Both the position numbers and the translations under genes were made by a program. The notes beneath the pieces were generated by a model that worked only from the letters and a program-made list of their open reading frames with translations, made no database searches and was not told where the DNA came from. Positions 52,035 through 64,000 of a DNA stretch of 64,000 nt are shown here, piece by piece (position 1 is the first letter of the stretch; every line of letters starts with the position of its first letter). This DNA comes from Utricularia gibba (lineage: Eukaryota; Plantae; Magnoliophyta): positions 391,600 through 455,599 of the forward strand of contig NEEC01000029.1 in the NCBI GenBank assembly GCA_002189035.1, in the 5' to 3' direction.

Positions 52035-52508
52035 TTATTCCAGTTGATCGGCCAAAAGCGCTGGATACCTTTGAAACTTTTCAGCTCTCCAACCTCTGTT
52101 GATTTTCTCAATGAATTCCTCGACCCGTCTTCGCAACTCATCATCCTCTTCCTCCTCTTCTTTTTGTGCGACTTCTTCTTCTTGTTGTTGTTTTTGTTCT
52201 GATTCCTCTTCCTTGTGTGCCGCTTCTTCATCTTCTACTACTGCTGTTTCCGGTTCTCCAATGTCCTGGATGTCTGCACCGTCAGCAGACGACGACGGCA
52301 GCCTCTCTTCCTCGGTGTCAACATCGGTTGTTGTTGCGGTGACGTTTTGGGAGTTGTTGATGGAAAAGGTGGCATTGGATTCCAGATGATCTGAGTGTTG
52401 AAAAGCCGAAGGCTTGGTGCTTCCCACAAGAAGAATGACGATGATGAGATTGCAGCAGCAGAATACAACAAGGGTATCCGGCAGGATCAGCCCCATCGCC
52501 TCCAACAT
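52035..52508 (-). CDS. Small intronless protein with N-terminal hydrophobic helix and C-terminal DUF761 ('cotton fibre expressed')-like motif; 157 aa
   Basis: MLEAMGL..TLVVFCCCNLIIVILLVGS; acidic linker; EDDELRRRVEEFIEKINRGWRAEK. TATA-like TATAAAAG lies about 65 bp upstream. Confidence 0.75.
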   Translation of the reverse strand: MLEAMGLILPDTLVVFCCCNLIIVILLVGSTKPSAFQHSDHLESNATFSINNSQNVTATTTDVDTEEERLPSSSADGADIQDIGEPETAVVEDEEAAHKEEESEQKQQQEEEVAQKEEEEEDDELRRRVEEFIEKINRGWRAEKFQRYPALLADQLE

Positions 52509-53112
52509 GATTCTCTGTGTTGGTTGTTCAGAAGTGGAACCAAGTATTGAAGTACATGAGGCAGCCACCCCCTTTTATAAGAGACAAGAAAAACAAAAAA
52601 AAAATAAGGGGGGTTTTGGTTTTGACTTGAGTGCCGGAGAAGCTGCTTTCCCAGCACATATCTTCCTCTGCTGGTGTGGCGTGCAAGCTTTTAATGCCTT
52701 TGTCTCTTTCCTGGCCAAAATTCAACTGCCCTTGCTATTCTTTTTTTATGGCAAAACGTGGCTTGATATATAATGAAGATAAAGTTTTCACCACATGTTG
52801 CTACAAAAATCAAGATATTTGTAGGGCTGAATTCTACCCCCACCAGCCCTAGCTTTTCCAGCTGCAGTGGATTAGGCTAAATATCTCATTTTATCTGAAC
52901 CCTCCTTCGTATCTCCTCCATTCGTGGTCTTGTCTCAGCAGTTAGCACAAGACAACACAAATGCCCTAATGCATCTCTCACCAGTTATTGCGTTGATGTC
53001 GGGATTCTGGGAGGCCCATTATCCATCTGTACGGTCATACACTACGCATCCGGAAAACCCAATTCATTAATTATTAACTGAGAGGAGGGAGAGGCAGCAG
53101 GCATTGAAGAAT

Positions 53113-53556
53113 ATGGGCAAGGATCTGAGCGACCATCAGGTTTCGCCCATGAAGGAGGCCTTCACTCTCTTCGACACCGACGGCGACGGCAAGATAGCAC
53201 CATCGGAGCTCGGAATCCTGATGCGTTCTCTTGGGGGAAATCCTACACAGGCGCAGCTCAAATCTATCATCTCTCAAGAGAGTCTCATTTCTCCCTTCGA
53301 TTTCCCTCGATTCCTCGACCTGATGGCCAAGCATTTGAAGCCCGAGCCATTTGATCGCCAGCTCCGAGACGCCTTTAAGGTTCTCGACAAGGAAGGGACT
53401 GGATACGTCGTCGTTTCGGATCTCAGGCACATTCTTACCAGCATTGGGGAGAAATTGGAGCCGGCTGAGTTTGACGAGTGGATCCGAGAGGTGGATGTTG
53501 GATCCGATGGCAAGATCCGCTACGAGGATTTCATTGCTCGCATGGTCGCCAAGTAA
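53113..53556 (+). CDS. CML13: Calmodulin-like protein CML13/14; intronless CDS, 147 aa
   Basis: [48 protein letters not shown]...[26 protein letters not shown], near-identical to CML13 as recalled. Confidence 0.95.
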   Translation: MGKDLSDHQVSPMKEAFTLFDTDGDGKIAPSELGILMRSLGGNPTQAQLKSIISQESLISPFDFPRFLDLMAKHLKPEPFDRQLRDAFKVLDKEGTGYVVVSDLRHILTSIGEKLEPAEFDEWIREVDVGSDGKIRYEDFIARMVAK

Positions 53557-54225
53557 GATTGTTGACTGCATTTCTTTGCCTTACGCTTGAGGCATCAATC
53601 TGGATGTTTCCATTGCTCTAGAGATATTCAGGTGTAATAAGAAAATATATCTCTCGCCCCTGGATTCTGAATTTTAAATGTGTCATTTACATGTCAATGA
53701 TATTGTTGACATTTTTTTCTGAATGTTGTTGGTCGAGTTGCCTCCGAGTAAAGAGGTGGAGTAAGTGCACAGCGCTTCTTACTTTGATGCTGGATTGCCT
53801 GTCTTAGAGATGGGAACACATGTCGAAAGAGCTTTTGTAGTATTTTAGCCATCCCTTTGAGCAGGCTTTCTGTGCAATGCTTTCATCTGGTTGCGTTCTG
53901 TTTCATTTGTAGGTAGCCAGAAGTCTGGGGGAACCGCGATGACTCAAATCCCCAGCTAATTTATGCTTGTTGTTCTGTCCACCTTTCTGTTTTGGAACAT
54001 GTTTGTAGAATTCAAACAAAGGATCTCTTTGAGTGCGGTTGAGATCTGAATAGATCTGCATGATCCAAATGGATCCAACCCCATTCCTGACGAGGGAGGA
54101 CAGCTGGTGTATATTTTTAAATCGTGAAGGCTGTTCTGTATCTATCCTTGATAAGCTGTCTAAAGCCAAGCATCCCCAGGAGGCGGAGATTAACCTCGCC
54201 CGCACGGGCGACGGTTGTTAAAAAA

Positions 54226-54490
54226 CGAGGATTAATTTTATCAAATTATGAAAAAATGAAGATTAAATATATCTATTTTTTTAAATATTAATTATTTATT
54301 GTAACTGATATTACAGTGTGATGATAAAAAATAATGAAGGTAATAAAAATTAAAAACTAAATATGTCGGGTACTTGAAAATGTGAGGATTAAATATATCT
54401 GGTACATTGTGGACTAAATATGTTGATGAAGACTAATGATACCATTTTTATTAAACATTAGAGTCTAATCTTGATAATTTTAAAAACATT
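54226..54490. mobile_element. Possible degenerate non-autonomous DNA transposon (MULE/MITE-like) remnant
   Basis: Very AT-rich; direct repeat GATTAAATATATCT at 54261-54274 and 54387-54400; GAGGATTAA/GGACTAAA motifs are reminiscent of MULE-derived subterminal repeats. I found no clear TIR pair or TSD. Confidence 0.25.
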
Positions 54491-54894
54491 GGAGATGAAT
54501 GGGATCGAGTACCCCATCTTCATTACATACTATTTGTCAGCTATAGTCGTCCTTGTTCTGTCGAGGGGCCGACCACTTGGAACAATGATTCCTTTGACAA
54601 ATCGAGGCGCATGGCTTGTAATGTAATGGAGAAGCAACAAAGGGACAGAATACGGTTGTTTCGTTCCAGTTTCATGATTTGCAAAAATGTGTGGATGTTT
54701 CACTACTTGCGGGGGACATGAAACTGCCCGCTTGCTTCACTAATGACAATATACCACTAATGTAGTAACCAAGGGAATCACCTACGATATACAGGCGCGT
54801 ATCGTATTATACCATAGGCCTGCTTCCATCCAGACTTTGAATCTTCTGTAGCTTATCTCGCCGCGGAAGTGTAACCAAGGAGCAAGTTCACCAG

Positions 54895-56525
54895 TCACAC
54901 TTCCCCTTCGAACTCACAAGCTTCACGAGGATTGAGCCCTTGAAGTTTCGCACTAAATTCGGCTACAACAAGTTGGGTGAGAAGCAAGCCAGATATCAGG
55001 GCTGCAGCCATTAGCATTACAAATACTGCACTCCAGCTTTTGGCTGAGATATATCCAGTGAGCAATGGCCCAATTGCAGCTCCTATGGAACCTGTTCCAT
55101 CGATGATGGCAGTGACAGTGGCTAAAGCTTTGGAATTGCCCTTTAGTGAATGGTGTGTTCCAAGATCAGCTGACACGGCCGTTGTTATAAGTGCATAAGG
55201 GCCATTCACAAAGATCCCAGTGATCAACATGAGTATAATGTTTAGCGTCATCGATATTTGCCCGTAGCTCCTGTAGAAGAAGAGGGCTGGTATTGCACAA
55301 TACATGAAGCTTGCTGCAGTTACCGCTCTTGCACCAAGATGATCAGAGATATGGCCTGCAAGAATCCCTCCTATCACCCCTCCGACGTCAAAAATCGTGG
55401 ATAGGTTTCCGGCATCCTCGTTTGACAAGTATTTCCCTTGTATGGCTGAACATCCAAATGAAAACTTAGCGGTCCACAAGTAGCACAAACGCATCCACAG
55501 AAAAAAAAAAAAGGGAAAATTTTTGTACCTGTGTGACTAATGTAAAAAGGGAGCCAGTAGAGGAATGTGTAAGCTACCAGTTTAGAAAAGAACAAGCAAA
55601 GAGCAAATGGGGCAACTCCTGGGATTCTCCATGCCTCCAAAAAACCTACAGCAGTTTTGTTATTTGATTCTGTTTTCAACAATGATACCGTTGTTTCTTC
55701 AAGATCTTTCTTGGATGGGAGAGATTCATCTCTATCTAGCCTAGCTCCAACAGATTCTGGACTAACCGGTAAGAAAAGAAAGAGTATGACACCCACCGAA
55801 GCAATACCTAGACCAGGTATAACCATGGACCATCCCCATCCATACTTCAACAACACTGAAGCAACCAAAGAACCAGTAATGTTTCCAAGAGATGTATGCG
55901 AATTCCAAATGCCCATAATAAGCCCTCTCTTACTTTTCCCAAACCAGTTCCCCACAACTGCAACAACTGAGGGCCATCCAGTGGACTGAAACAGACCCGC
56001 AAGCATTTGGGCAATCAAATAGTAGTAAAATACATGGATACCAGCCCAGTATCCAACCCCAAAAAGGGCAGTAAATAATCCAGTTCCAATCATGCCAACG
56101 GTTAAAAATATTCTCAGATCCATTCTATCTCCAGCATGCCCAGAAAAATACATTCCCAGGGCGTACACAAAGAGGAAAGATACGTCGAGGTCACCAAGCA
56201 ATGCTGTTCCATCATTGCCATCAAATGGCGCCCACCCTTCTCCAAGAACCCATGAACCATTTCCATGGCTGACCAACGGGTTATGGAAGTAAGCCCTTCC
56301 CCACATGACAGAAGACATTGAGTCGGAACCAGGAGACTTGGGATCAAGAGCACTCTTAACAACACTGGTAGTTTTTCTAGTTGCATGGTAGGCCAAGTAT
56401 GCAAAGAAAGTTATTATCAAGACAATGGATTGATGGGTTTTATATGAAACTGATCCTCCCTTTACAAACTCTATGAAGCGGATTCCTGGGGGTTTACTTC
56501 GATCCAGGATTGGAGTTTCTTCCAT
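54895..56525 (-). CDS. G3Pp1: Glycerol-3-phosphate permease / sugar-phosphate exchanger (MFS, SLC37-like); exons 56525-55529 and 55445-54895 (515 aa)
   Basis: [113 protein letters not shown]. Confidence 0.93.
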
Positions 56526-59380
56526 TTGTCTTAGTCGGCAAAAAAGGCTATTTATCCAATCAGACCACTGCTTCCTGAAAGAGTAGAATACAAAAAATGA
56601 CGCTATCCACATGATGGCTTTACGACTCGTGCTACTGTAGACGAGCGACAAATCCATGGGAAACAATGCGAAATTCATCAAAATGCCCAATTTCTCAAGC
56701 GGAAAGAAAAAAACGATCTAGAAGAAATCCATGAGACCCTTAAATCAATGAGTACAAAAATCCGGCGACCAATACCGAAAGGTGGCAATAAAGAAGGTCC
56801 CGCAGAACATATCGCGTAGAAGTGAAATTTTCTTTCTTGTCGAAATATTCTTTAAGGCATCCGTTATTTTTCCAGGAAAAAAATGTTGTTTTTTTTTTCA
56901 GCGATGCTGTCACGCAATTCACTTTAGCTATCTCAAAACTCCAGAAAGACGAATGAAAACCCAAAAAAGTCAGCAATTTAAGAAAAGTATCGAGGATTTT
57001 AGGGGGACAACCTCCAGAAGAAAGGGGGAGGAAAAAACAGAGATGAGATGGCAGATGATTGCAAGGTTCCACAACAATATACCACAGCAAAAAGCTACAT
57101 AAATGAGAGAAACTGAATATCATTGAGCAGAAGAAGCAAACCGCAGCAAAGTCGAAGCACATCAGATTCAAGTCTTGAAGAAAAAAAATTGCATAGACCA
57201 AATTATCAAACGACAAACCTCTTTCTGGTTTTCTACCGTCAGCTCACATTCACAAAATCCTCTGCCAATTCTCGACAACTTTCTCTCTACTGATCAGTCG
57301 ACGGTGAGGGAGACGTTGAAGAACTGGAGGTGCCTTGTGAAGGGCGATGCGACTCTCCCTACTTGATAAATAAAAGTAAATCAAGTTTCCCTATTCACCC
57401 CTGATAGATCTGTCGGGGTCTCAACCTCAAAAAATAGGAAGGGACAGTTTTATCCCTTTAATTTTCCACTTGTTTATTTTTTCCGTTTCCCCCCTCTAAT
57501 ACTCGTATCCCACTTCAGAATGTTTGCCTTTTTAAGCAAAAATCTAATTTAGAGTTTGAAAGCTGTTTATAATGTGCTTCTGCGCTCCATGAAATTGACA
57601 ACCATTTTAGATGTTTGATATCGTTGTTTATTGCTTTCTTCACACTAGGAATAGAGTTCAGATTAACGTGCGTGCATACACACACACAAAAAAGAAGAAG
57701 GCGCAGGTATGAGTTGTGTAAAATATTTGCAACATGTTGATGCCTTTCCAGGCAGTGGGTGGGTGGGATGGGATCATGCTTTTGGTTTTGGTACTTGGGG
57801 GCTGAATTCAACCTGTGCCACAAGTGAATGTGTGGCGCGCTTGTTCCAGTGGAAAAAGCAGCCAGCCAGCCAGCCAGCCTATTAGTGGAAGAGAACCCTC
57901 AACGCCACGTGGAATATAAAATAAGCGATGAGCGAGTGTCCGCGAAATTTGCGGTACAAGGGCAAACGAGTCATTAGTTCCGTCAAGTGTGCGGGGTGTT
58001 TTGGTCATTCCGCGTGAAGGATATTCGCACAATGGAAACGAATCTTCCTCCCCATCCCCATTTCCACTACTATCTAGAGCTGCCGGGGCCCACATCCATA
58101 CGTCATACTATCTTGTCGGCAACGTATCCGTTTGTCCGACCAGGACCGGGAGTTAGGAAAAATGGAGAAATTGATATAAATACTGTTGGATTAGCGCTCC
58201 ACTGGTTTATGATCTTCCAAGTAAATAATAATGATCTGCCTGCAAGGATGGTTTTTTAGAGAGGCCTTGTGTGTTTCTGTACTGAAATCCAGATGGTATG
58301 CCTTGTCCCAGCGAAATGAAATATTGATTGTGTCATGTTTCCAACAGGAATTTTTTTCACAGGTAGCCGGTAGGTAATCGCATACTCGCAATCGGTATGA
58401 TGCATGACCTCGGTAACTTGGCCCGCTTTTGGTGTTGTTTAAGCATTAGTGCCAAGATGGTTCTGACTTGGCACCAAGTGGTCTGGTCGCTCAAACTGGA
58501 TGTAGCAATATCCTTGGACTTCAGGAATCCCCGCCAGCCACTTATCATTTTCCTTTTCCGTGTGGGATGGGATGGGTAATAACTCTGCTTACCTTCGAGC
58601 ACACTTATTCGGTATTAGAATGACATCATGAATTAGCACAATACTAATACTAATAATTATGATATTGAATTCATTTAATTGGACGTTTCCAGTGGACATG
58701 GGAAATATGACTTGGGTTGGGTTAATGGAATTTGACAAGGCCCACGCCTCACGGATATGTGTAATGACTATGTTACATTGTGTAATCGTAGGATGTTATG
58801 TACACAAATTTATTTAAAACCACAACTTCATTTTTATTTTATATAATACTAATTCTAATATCTTTATATTAATTTTAACTAACTTTTAAATTAAATTTAT
58901 TTTATCAAAAGTGCCAAAAATGACAAGTGGTGAGATTTATGATGAAGTTGATGATCTTTCACCATCTCTAGTGACACTACGTCCGCCATGCGAAGATGAG
59001 TTTCTCGTCTGACGGAAAGTCTCAACTCACAAAAGACAACCCATACTTGAAATGCTAGATTTTTTTCCCTTTCCTTGCCCTTTTGGTACAAATTAAGACA
59101 AGGAAGGTCTAATCACAGGCTCACTTGGGATTGCAAATCCTGCCCATCGGTCACAAATTCATGCCAAGTTTTTCAAAATTAGCGGTTATCCTTCCGATAC
59201 TTACCTGTTTTACTTCTGCCAAAACAAAGCAGCACCTCTAGTGTCAGAATTCAACACTTTTCTTTTTTCTTTTTTTTTGTAGATCGAGGATACTTACATT
59301 TCGATTAGAGCAAGATGTTCCATCCTAAAAATATGTCGCGTACTAGAATCAACTACTGACAGATGGATAGTTTATTTTCT

Positions 59381-61845
59381 TCACAAACCATTGGTAGTGT
59401 GTTCTTCACCACCACCATTTCTTCCACGAATTTTGATATGGCCATGAACTGCTCGTTACAGTTTTCCTGACAAAACGATGAAAATATTTGAGCACCAAGA
59501 AGACCCCGAATCTGGAAAAGGGGTGCAAAATCATATATACCACCGAGTCAAGTGCAACACCAAAGTTGCACAACGAGGAGATCAAAGATGCAACATATTC
59601 TTCTTTCTTCCTTCCAGAATTCACTTTTTCAAGCTCCCTGAAATCGATCCAACATTATGGTTTCCATCCACAAATGCAAAAAACAAGTCACTATTTAATT
59701 TTTCAAAAATTACCTCCACAACTTTTCAACTTCCTCCTTCAACTGCACCTTCGTTGCCACCAACTCAAGTTGTCTGCGTAAATGTAAGTGTTTCTCCCAA
59801 TATCAAGAAAAAAAAGAATAATAATCCTACTCTATGCAACGTCATGTTTGACCTTCTTAGTTGCAAAACCTCATCCTTCAAAAGCTTAACCTCCCTTGCA
59901 CACACAGGATCATGATTAAGTGAATCGCCAATCTTCCAACCAGGAGGTGGAACCCAATAAGGATCACTCACTCCTGCTTCTTTTCTCATATCGATGAGTT
60001 CAGCAGTTTCCAGCCAATACTCCATTGCTCCATCAGGATTGTGCCTCCGTCTAAACCTCTCTTGGCCACCTGGAGCTAGCTTTCCAGCCATATGCTTCAG
60101 AAGATGGTCCAATAACCCCGTATCACCTATCTTTTTCCTTGCTTCAGCCCTGAGTTGAGGCCGCAGAATCGGCTTCTCTGCTGTTGCTCCTCTGAGCCTC
60201 ATCACTGCCAAGAGGTTCTTCTCAGCAAGCTTATACCTAAATTAATATATAGTCCTTCAGCATAACTGCCAAATTAATTAAGGATCACAGGTACACAAAA
60301 TTACCTTTCTGCAGACCAGCGACCTTTAGGGTCTCTCTGAATAAACGCTTCATTGGATCCAGTGTTACCCTTCTGTTTTTTTGACATTGACATTGACATT
60401 GACTTTGACTTTGGCTTTGCTTTTTTTGACTCGAATTTTTCTTTTTTCTTGGCTTTCTTGACCACAAGGCTTCTGAATGGGTACGTCTTTCTTTTCAAAT
60501 TCCCGTTAGCCTCCATAAACTCTTTTTCTTTTCGCTGTTCTTCATTTTCTTGATTATCGTAACTTCTTTCTTCTTCTTCTTCCTTCTCTTCTTCTTTTCC
60601 TTCATCATCATGAGCATCTTTTTCTTCTTTTCTTTCTACTACTTCTTCTTGTTCTTCCATTTCCTTTTCTTTTTGGTGCTCTTCATCTTGACATTTCTCT
60701 TTTCCATCAAGAGAAAATGCATTTATTTCTTCCTTTTCAGAACCAACCTCGCTAACAAAACTTGTTGTAGAATCCTGTGTATTAACGTCACTAAAAACAT
60801 TCTCCATATGCTTTCCATGATGCTTTGCTTGCCTCCTGACTCCCCAGTTGACCATCCCAAATTCTTTCAACACAGATAAACAGGTTCTCTTCTTCTCTCC
60901 ACCATTAGCATCCGCATACTTGCGCACTTCTCCGTGTGAGCAACCAAGCAACCAAAAAGATTCTAAAGTTTTCTCCTCCGAAAAAATATGTGGTGGAACT
61001 GATCTGACAAGAGACTTTGCTGCTGATTCACAACTCATCACGAACTTCTCGTCCAATGCAGGATGTGTTTTCCTTTTACTGTAGTTGAAAAATGCTCTCA
61101 ACGATCCGACACTCGGAAATCTTATAGACACACTGAGATCTGTCTTCTCGCAAACCTATAATCCACGGTTTCGTCAATAAAGAATTCGTTGCGATTAAAC
61201 AAATACAAAAAATAGGACTACCAGATACAGTCATCACTGACTCACCAATGCAACTCGGATAGACCTTAGCTGAGTAGGGATTGTTGGAGGAAGATGAGAG
61301 TGATCAATCTCGAAAAGAAAGCCTTGTTTGATATGATTTCCCATCTCGTGTGCGAGGGAGACACCTTTCATTCGCTCTGAATCCCGAAGCAGCAGCATAT
61401 GAAGTTCAGCACAGTGACAGTTGAAAAATCACTTAAACTCGGGTGCGTTTAGAAGTAGAGAGAAAAACCTTGTGAGGAAAGACAGCCCACTGATGAAGGC
61501 TGCCCGGGTAACGGATATTCCAACAGCGGCAACTGTGCATTCGTGGTACGACTTTGCTCTGCCTCGTTTTGGCAAGTTTGTTGCATTACCTGCAGAAACT
61601 GTGCGGCGGCGAAAAACAATTACTACGCCCAGAAGGTCCATGCATTCTAAAACATCCCATATACAGAGCATAGAGTATAAAAACTGATTGCATTCATGTT
61701 TCATTCAGGCAGGAATGTAAATTAATTTAATAAAATAAAAAATTGACTCAGCAGAATCACAGAGAAAGAGAGAGAGAGAGAGAGAAACCATGACGGTTTG
61801 GGGGTGAAAAGCTCTCTTGAAGCGCTTACGGCGGTAAGTCTCCAT
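59381..61845 (-). CDS. DYAD/SWITCH1/AMEIOTIC1-family meiotic protein; multi-exon, 3' end uncertain
   Basis: IKQGFLFEIDHSHLPP..QLRSIRVAL, RFPSVGSL, GMVNWGVRRQ, GRWSAERY, ILRPQLRAEARKKIGDTGLLDHLLKHMAGK..PGGQERFRRRHNPDGAMEYWLE, DPYWVPPPGWKIGD (the conserved DYAD domain). The probable start is METYRRKR at 61845. Confidence 0.88.
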
Positions 61846-62125
61846 CGTCTTGAAGATCTGTGATGGCCAAAAACACGATGAGAATCATGAAAAACCAATT
61901 ACTGAAATTTGTATATCCGAAACTGGAAGTGGCAAAAAAATTAGGGTTTTCGGGAAAGTGGGTAAACTGGGGGTGGGCGAGGAACCGGGCGTTGTCCATG
62001 GATGCACGACGAAAGAAAAATGCTACTCGTAACCTGCATTGCAGAAGGAGTGGGGAATAGTTCGCTAAAATTTGAAGTTTGTAAACGTTTTCTTATAACT
62101 TTATATCATATTCGTTATCAACACG

Positions 62126-62197
62126 GTGGCTGTAGTTTAGTGGTTAGAATTCCACGTTGTGGCCGTGGAGACCTGGGCTCGAATCCCAGCAGCCACA
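62126..62197 (+). tRNA. trnH-GUG: tRNA-His (GTG), nuclear, intronless
   Basis: GTGGCTG/CAGCCAC acceptor stem, D arm TAGTTTAGTGGTTAGAA, anticodon arm CCACG-TTGTGGC-CGTGG, T arm CTGGG-CTCGAAT-CCCAG, discriminator A; upstream CAA and AT-rich element. Confidence 0.97.
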
Positions 62198-62218
62198 CAA
62201 GTAAGGAGATGTGATGTA

Positions 62219-62224
62219 TTTTTT
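62219..62224 (+). terminator. Pol III terminator (T6) of tRNA-His
   Basis: Run of six T about 21 nt downstream of the tRNA 3' end. Confidence 0.7.
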
Positions 62225-62618
62225 GTAAGTAATTAACAATCGCTTATGGAGTTTCAACTACATCAATGGCCCAATCACTTGGCGCTTTGATATGATGGTA
62301 TAAGGTTGGTTTATGGTAGGTTTAATAAAATTGTTTTATTTTGGTATGTAGGTATAATTATACGTTATTATACCCTAAAACCCTCAAATATAATACCCTC
62401 AAATATATATATACTCAAAAAGAGGTATGTGTATTTTTATACCCACATATTTGGGTTTAACTAAACCTAAATAATCTAAACCTATTAATACTTAAAACAC
62501 ATCAACCAAACAATACTTTAATGTTCATTACATTTTAAATTCTACCGACGCAGCTGGACAGCCTCTGAAGGCAATGCAATACATCTATGGTGTATACAAA
62601 CATTTGTTTTGAGTTGTT

Positions 62619-63047
62619 TTACCCAAAGAAACTGGGATCGTAACCGTTGCTGGAAGTTGCGAGAATGTAATAGGCAACAATGTGGCCAATAGAACCCCAG
62701 GCAAGCACATCGACGATGTTAAAGCCAACAGGATCGTTGGATTTGAGGAGGCTGACGTATTCCTTGGCTCGTACATCGCCAGCCTCGAAGTGCGAGACGC
62801 CGTTCTGCTCCGGCAAGCCTTGTTTCCCGACGTTCTCGCGCTGGAAGTTGAGAAAGACAAAACGCCCAAGGAAGAGGGACAGCCCAGTGCTCAGGCTGAT
62901 GACGATCGAAGGATTCAGCTCAGCTTTTACAATTAGTGCCCCCCGCTGCTCCTTTTTGAGGGAGATGGAGAAAGGGGAGCGGACATGCGTGCGAATGGTG
63001 GGGCGGAGACCGTGGAACGTAGGAACGGAGAAGAGGGCCGACGCCAT
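62619..63047 (-). CDS. PSAG: Photosystem I subunit G (PSI-G) precursor; intronless, 142 aa
   Basis: Transit peptide [16 protein letters not shown]; mature [91 protein letters not shown]. Confidence 0.96.
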   Translation of the reverse strand: MASALFSVPTFHGLRPTIRTHVRSPFSISLKKEQRGALIVKAELNPSIVISLSTGLSLFLGRFVFLNFQRENVGKQGLPEQNGVSHFEAGDVRAKEYVSLLKSNDPVGFNIVDVLAWGSIGHIVAYYILATSSNGYDPSFFG

Positions 63048-63846
63048 TGCTGAGGATTTGATTCGCTTTGGCCTTTGTGTAAAAGAAGATTGATCGGCGT
63101 GGAAAGACTCTTGAGAAGGTGAGGTTATATTTCGTTGCGAGGATCGGAAGTAGATTATGGGGCTCACGTGGCTTCCTTTAATTGGTTTTATGAAGATAAA
63201 ATGTTGTAATCGTACAAAAAAAAAAAAAAAAACAGAATAATCCCCCATGGACTTGGATGGTTACAGGAGGTTATCAGTCAAACCAATAGAGAACCTTAAA
63301 ACACTCTTTTTTTCATTTTCCAATTCAAGTTCCCTTTTTCAGAACATATTTTCTAGTTATTTATGCACGTGTTACACTACACCTGTTGACCTATCGTTGG
63401 GGGATTGTTGAAACATTGGATAAAAGATTAACCAACATGGTAGGAAAGAGCTTACGTTTGCAGAAACATTGAACAAAATAATAACTTTAAATGGTCAACT
63501 AAGAAGAACGTTTGTTGCAAGGGAAAAGAACCTCACCTTGGTCTTACAAGTTCATATTCAATTCAAGACGAAATATTTAGACATTTAGCAATTAAATCCC
63601 ACTTTATAAAACATTCTTTATCTATACTAAAATACAAAATACACACTAAATGATTACGATTTAACACGCTTTAGTGATATAGTATATACGATTCAGAAAT
63701 TAAGATATAAAATCAATGGATAGGATTTCATGACCACAACCTTAAGGTTAAAGTTCAAAGAATTAGAAAAAATTGTGTTTCTTTACGCTGATAATTCATC
63801 ACTGGTTTAGGGGTTGAACTTTAAAGCTCATTATATTGGTTTATGA

Positions 63847-64000
63847 ATCAGGGTTAAGGATTCAGGGTTTTAGGGTTAAGGGTTCAGCGTTTTGGGTTTA
63901 GGGATGAGGGTTCAGGGTTTGAGGGTTAAGGGTTTGAGGGTTTTGAGGGTTCAGGGTTTGAGGTTTAGGGTTTAGGGTTAGGGTTGAGGGTTCACGGTTT
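63847..64000 (+). repeat. Degenerate telomeric repeat array (TTTAGGG with TTCAGGG, TTAAGGG, TT(T)GAGGG, TTAGGG variants), G-strand on +, running off the window end
   Basis: 21 consecutive units of 6-9 nt plus a partial one parse without gaps. An isolated TTTAGGGG occurs at 63806-63813. Confidence 0.9.

Noticed and set aside
53074-53590. Long antisense ORFs over CML13 (165 aa), and similar ones over PSAG, BAHD and ABCG8
   Set aside because: These are shadow ORFs produced by the codon bias of the real gene on the opposite strand.
53903-54205. 100-aa minus-strand ORF downstream of CML13
   Set aside because: It has a non-ATG start and no recognisable motif or splice context.
55374-56690. 438-aa ORF with a 55-aa N-terminal extension on G3Pp1
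   Set aside because: Family similarity begins at MEETP (56525). The extension is T-rich and intron/UTR-like, and the ORF runs into the intron at its 3' end.
58449-58474. 8-bp hairpin GTGCCAAG...CTTGGCAC resembling the start of miR399
   Set aside because: Similarity stops after TGCCAA and there is no long foldback.
62300-62520. AT-rich tract with CCCTAAA-like motifs and an AACCAAACA end suggesting a Tourist MITE or interstitial telomere
   Set aside because: There is no matching 5' TIR or TSD and only scattered motifs, which is too weak to call.
1-64000. CRISPR arrays, rRNA, intact transposase/retrotransposon ORFs, organellar insertions
   Set aside because: None seen: no spacer-repeat structure, no RT/integrase/transposase motifs in the ORF track, and no plastid or mitochondrial gene fragments recognised.

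Overview
Gene-dense nuclear DNA from a compact-genome flowering plant. GT-AG introns are mostly 70-120 bp and there is about one gene per 3 kb. An asterid, probably a Lentibulariaceae (Utricularia/Genlisea-type) genome, is inferred but not proven. I traced 19 protein-coding genes: TPR (partial), ABIL, a coiled-coil protein, CBL4-like, BOBBER1, CCT-motif, ATX4/5, SHT-like BAHD, plastid pyruvate kinase beta, F-box, ABCG8-like, a YODA-like kinase, MBD13-like, ERECTA-LIKE, a DUF761-like protein, CML13, G3Pp1, DYAD/AMEIOTIC1-like and PSAG. There are also two decayed pseudogenes (PTB1/2-like and a PLS-type PPR), one tRNA-His(GTG), and a degenerate telomeric-repeat array at the right edge, only 800 bp from the PSAG start codon. 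The most novel item is a 10-exon YODA-clade MAP3K with an intact reading frame whose catalytic motifs are largely lost (Gly-loop, alphaC Glu, HRD->HGD, DFG->NFW), so it is a candidate pseudokinase; it also has a non-YODA N-terminal module. Several genes show 1-nt frame breaks at C/G runs, which look more like long-read consensus errors than true pseudogenisation. Family assignments come from recalled protein motifs and manual splice tracing; no database searches were run.
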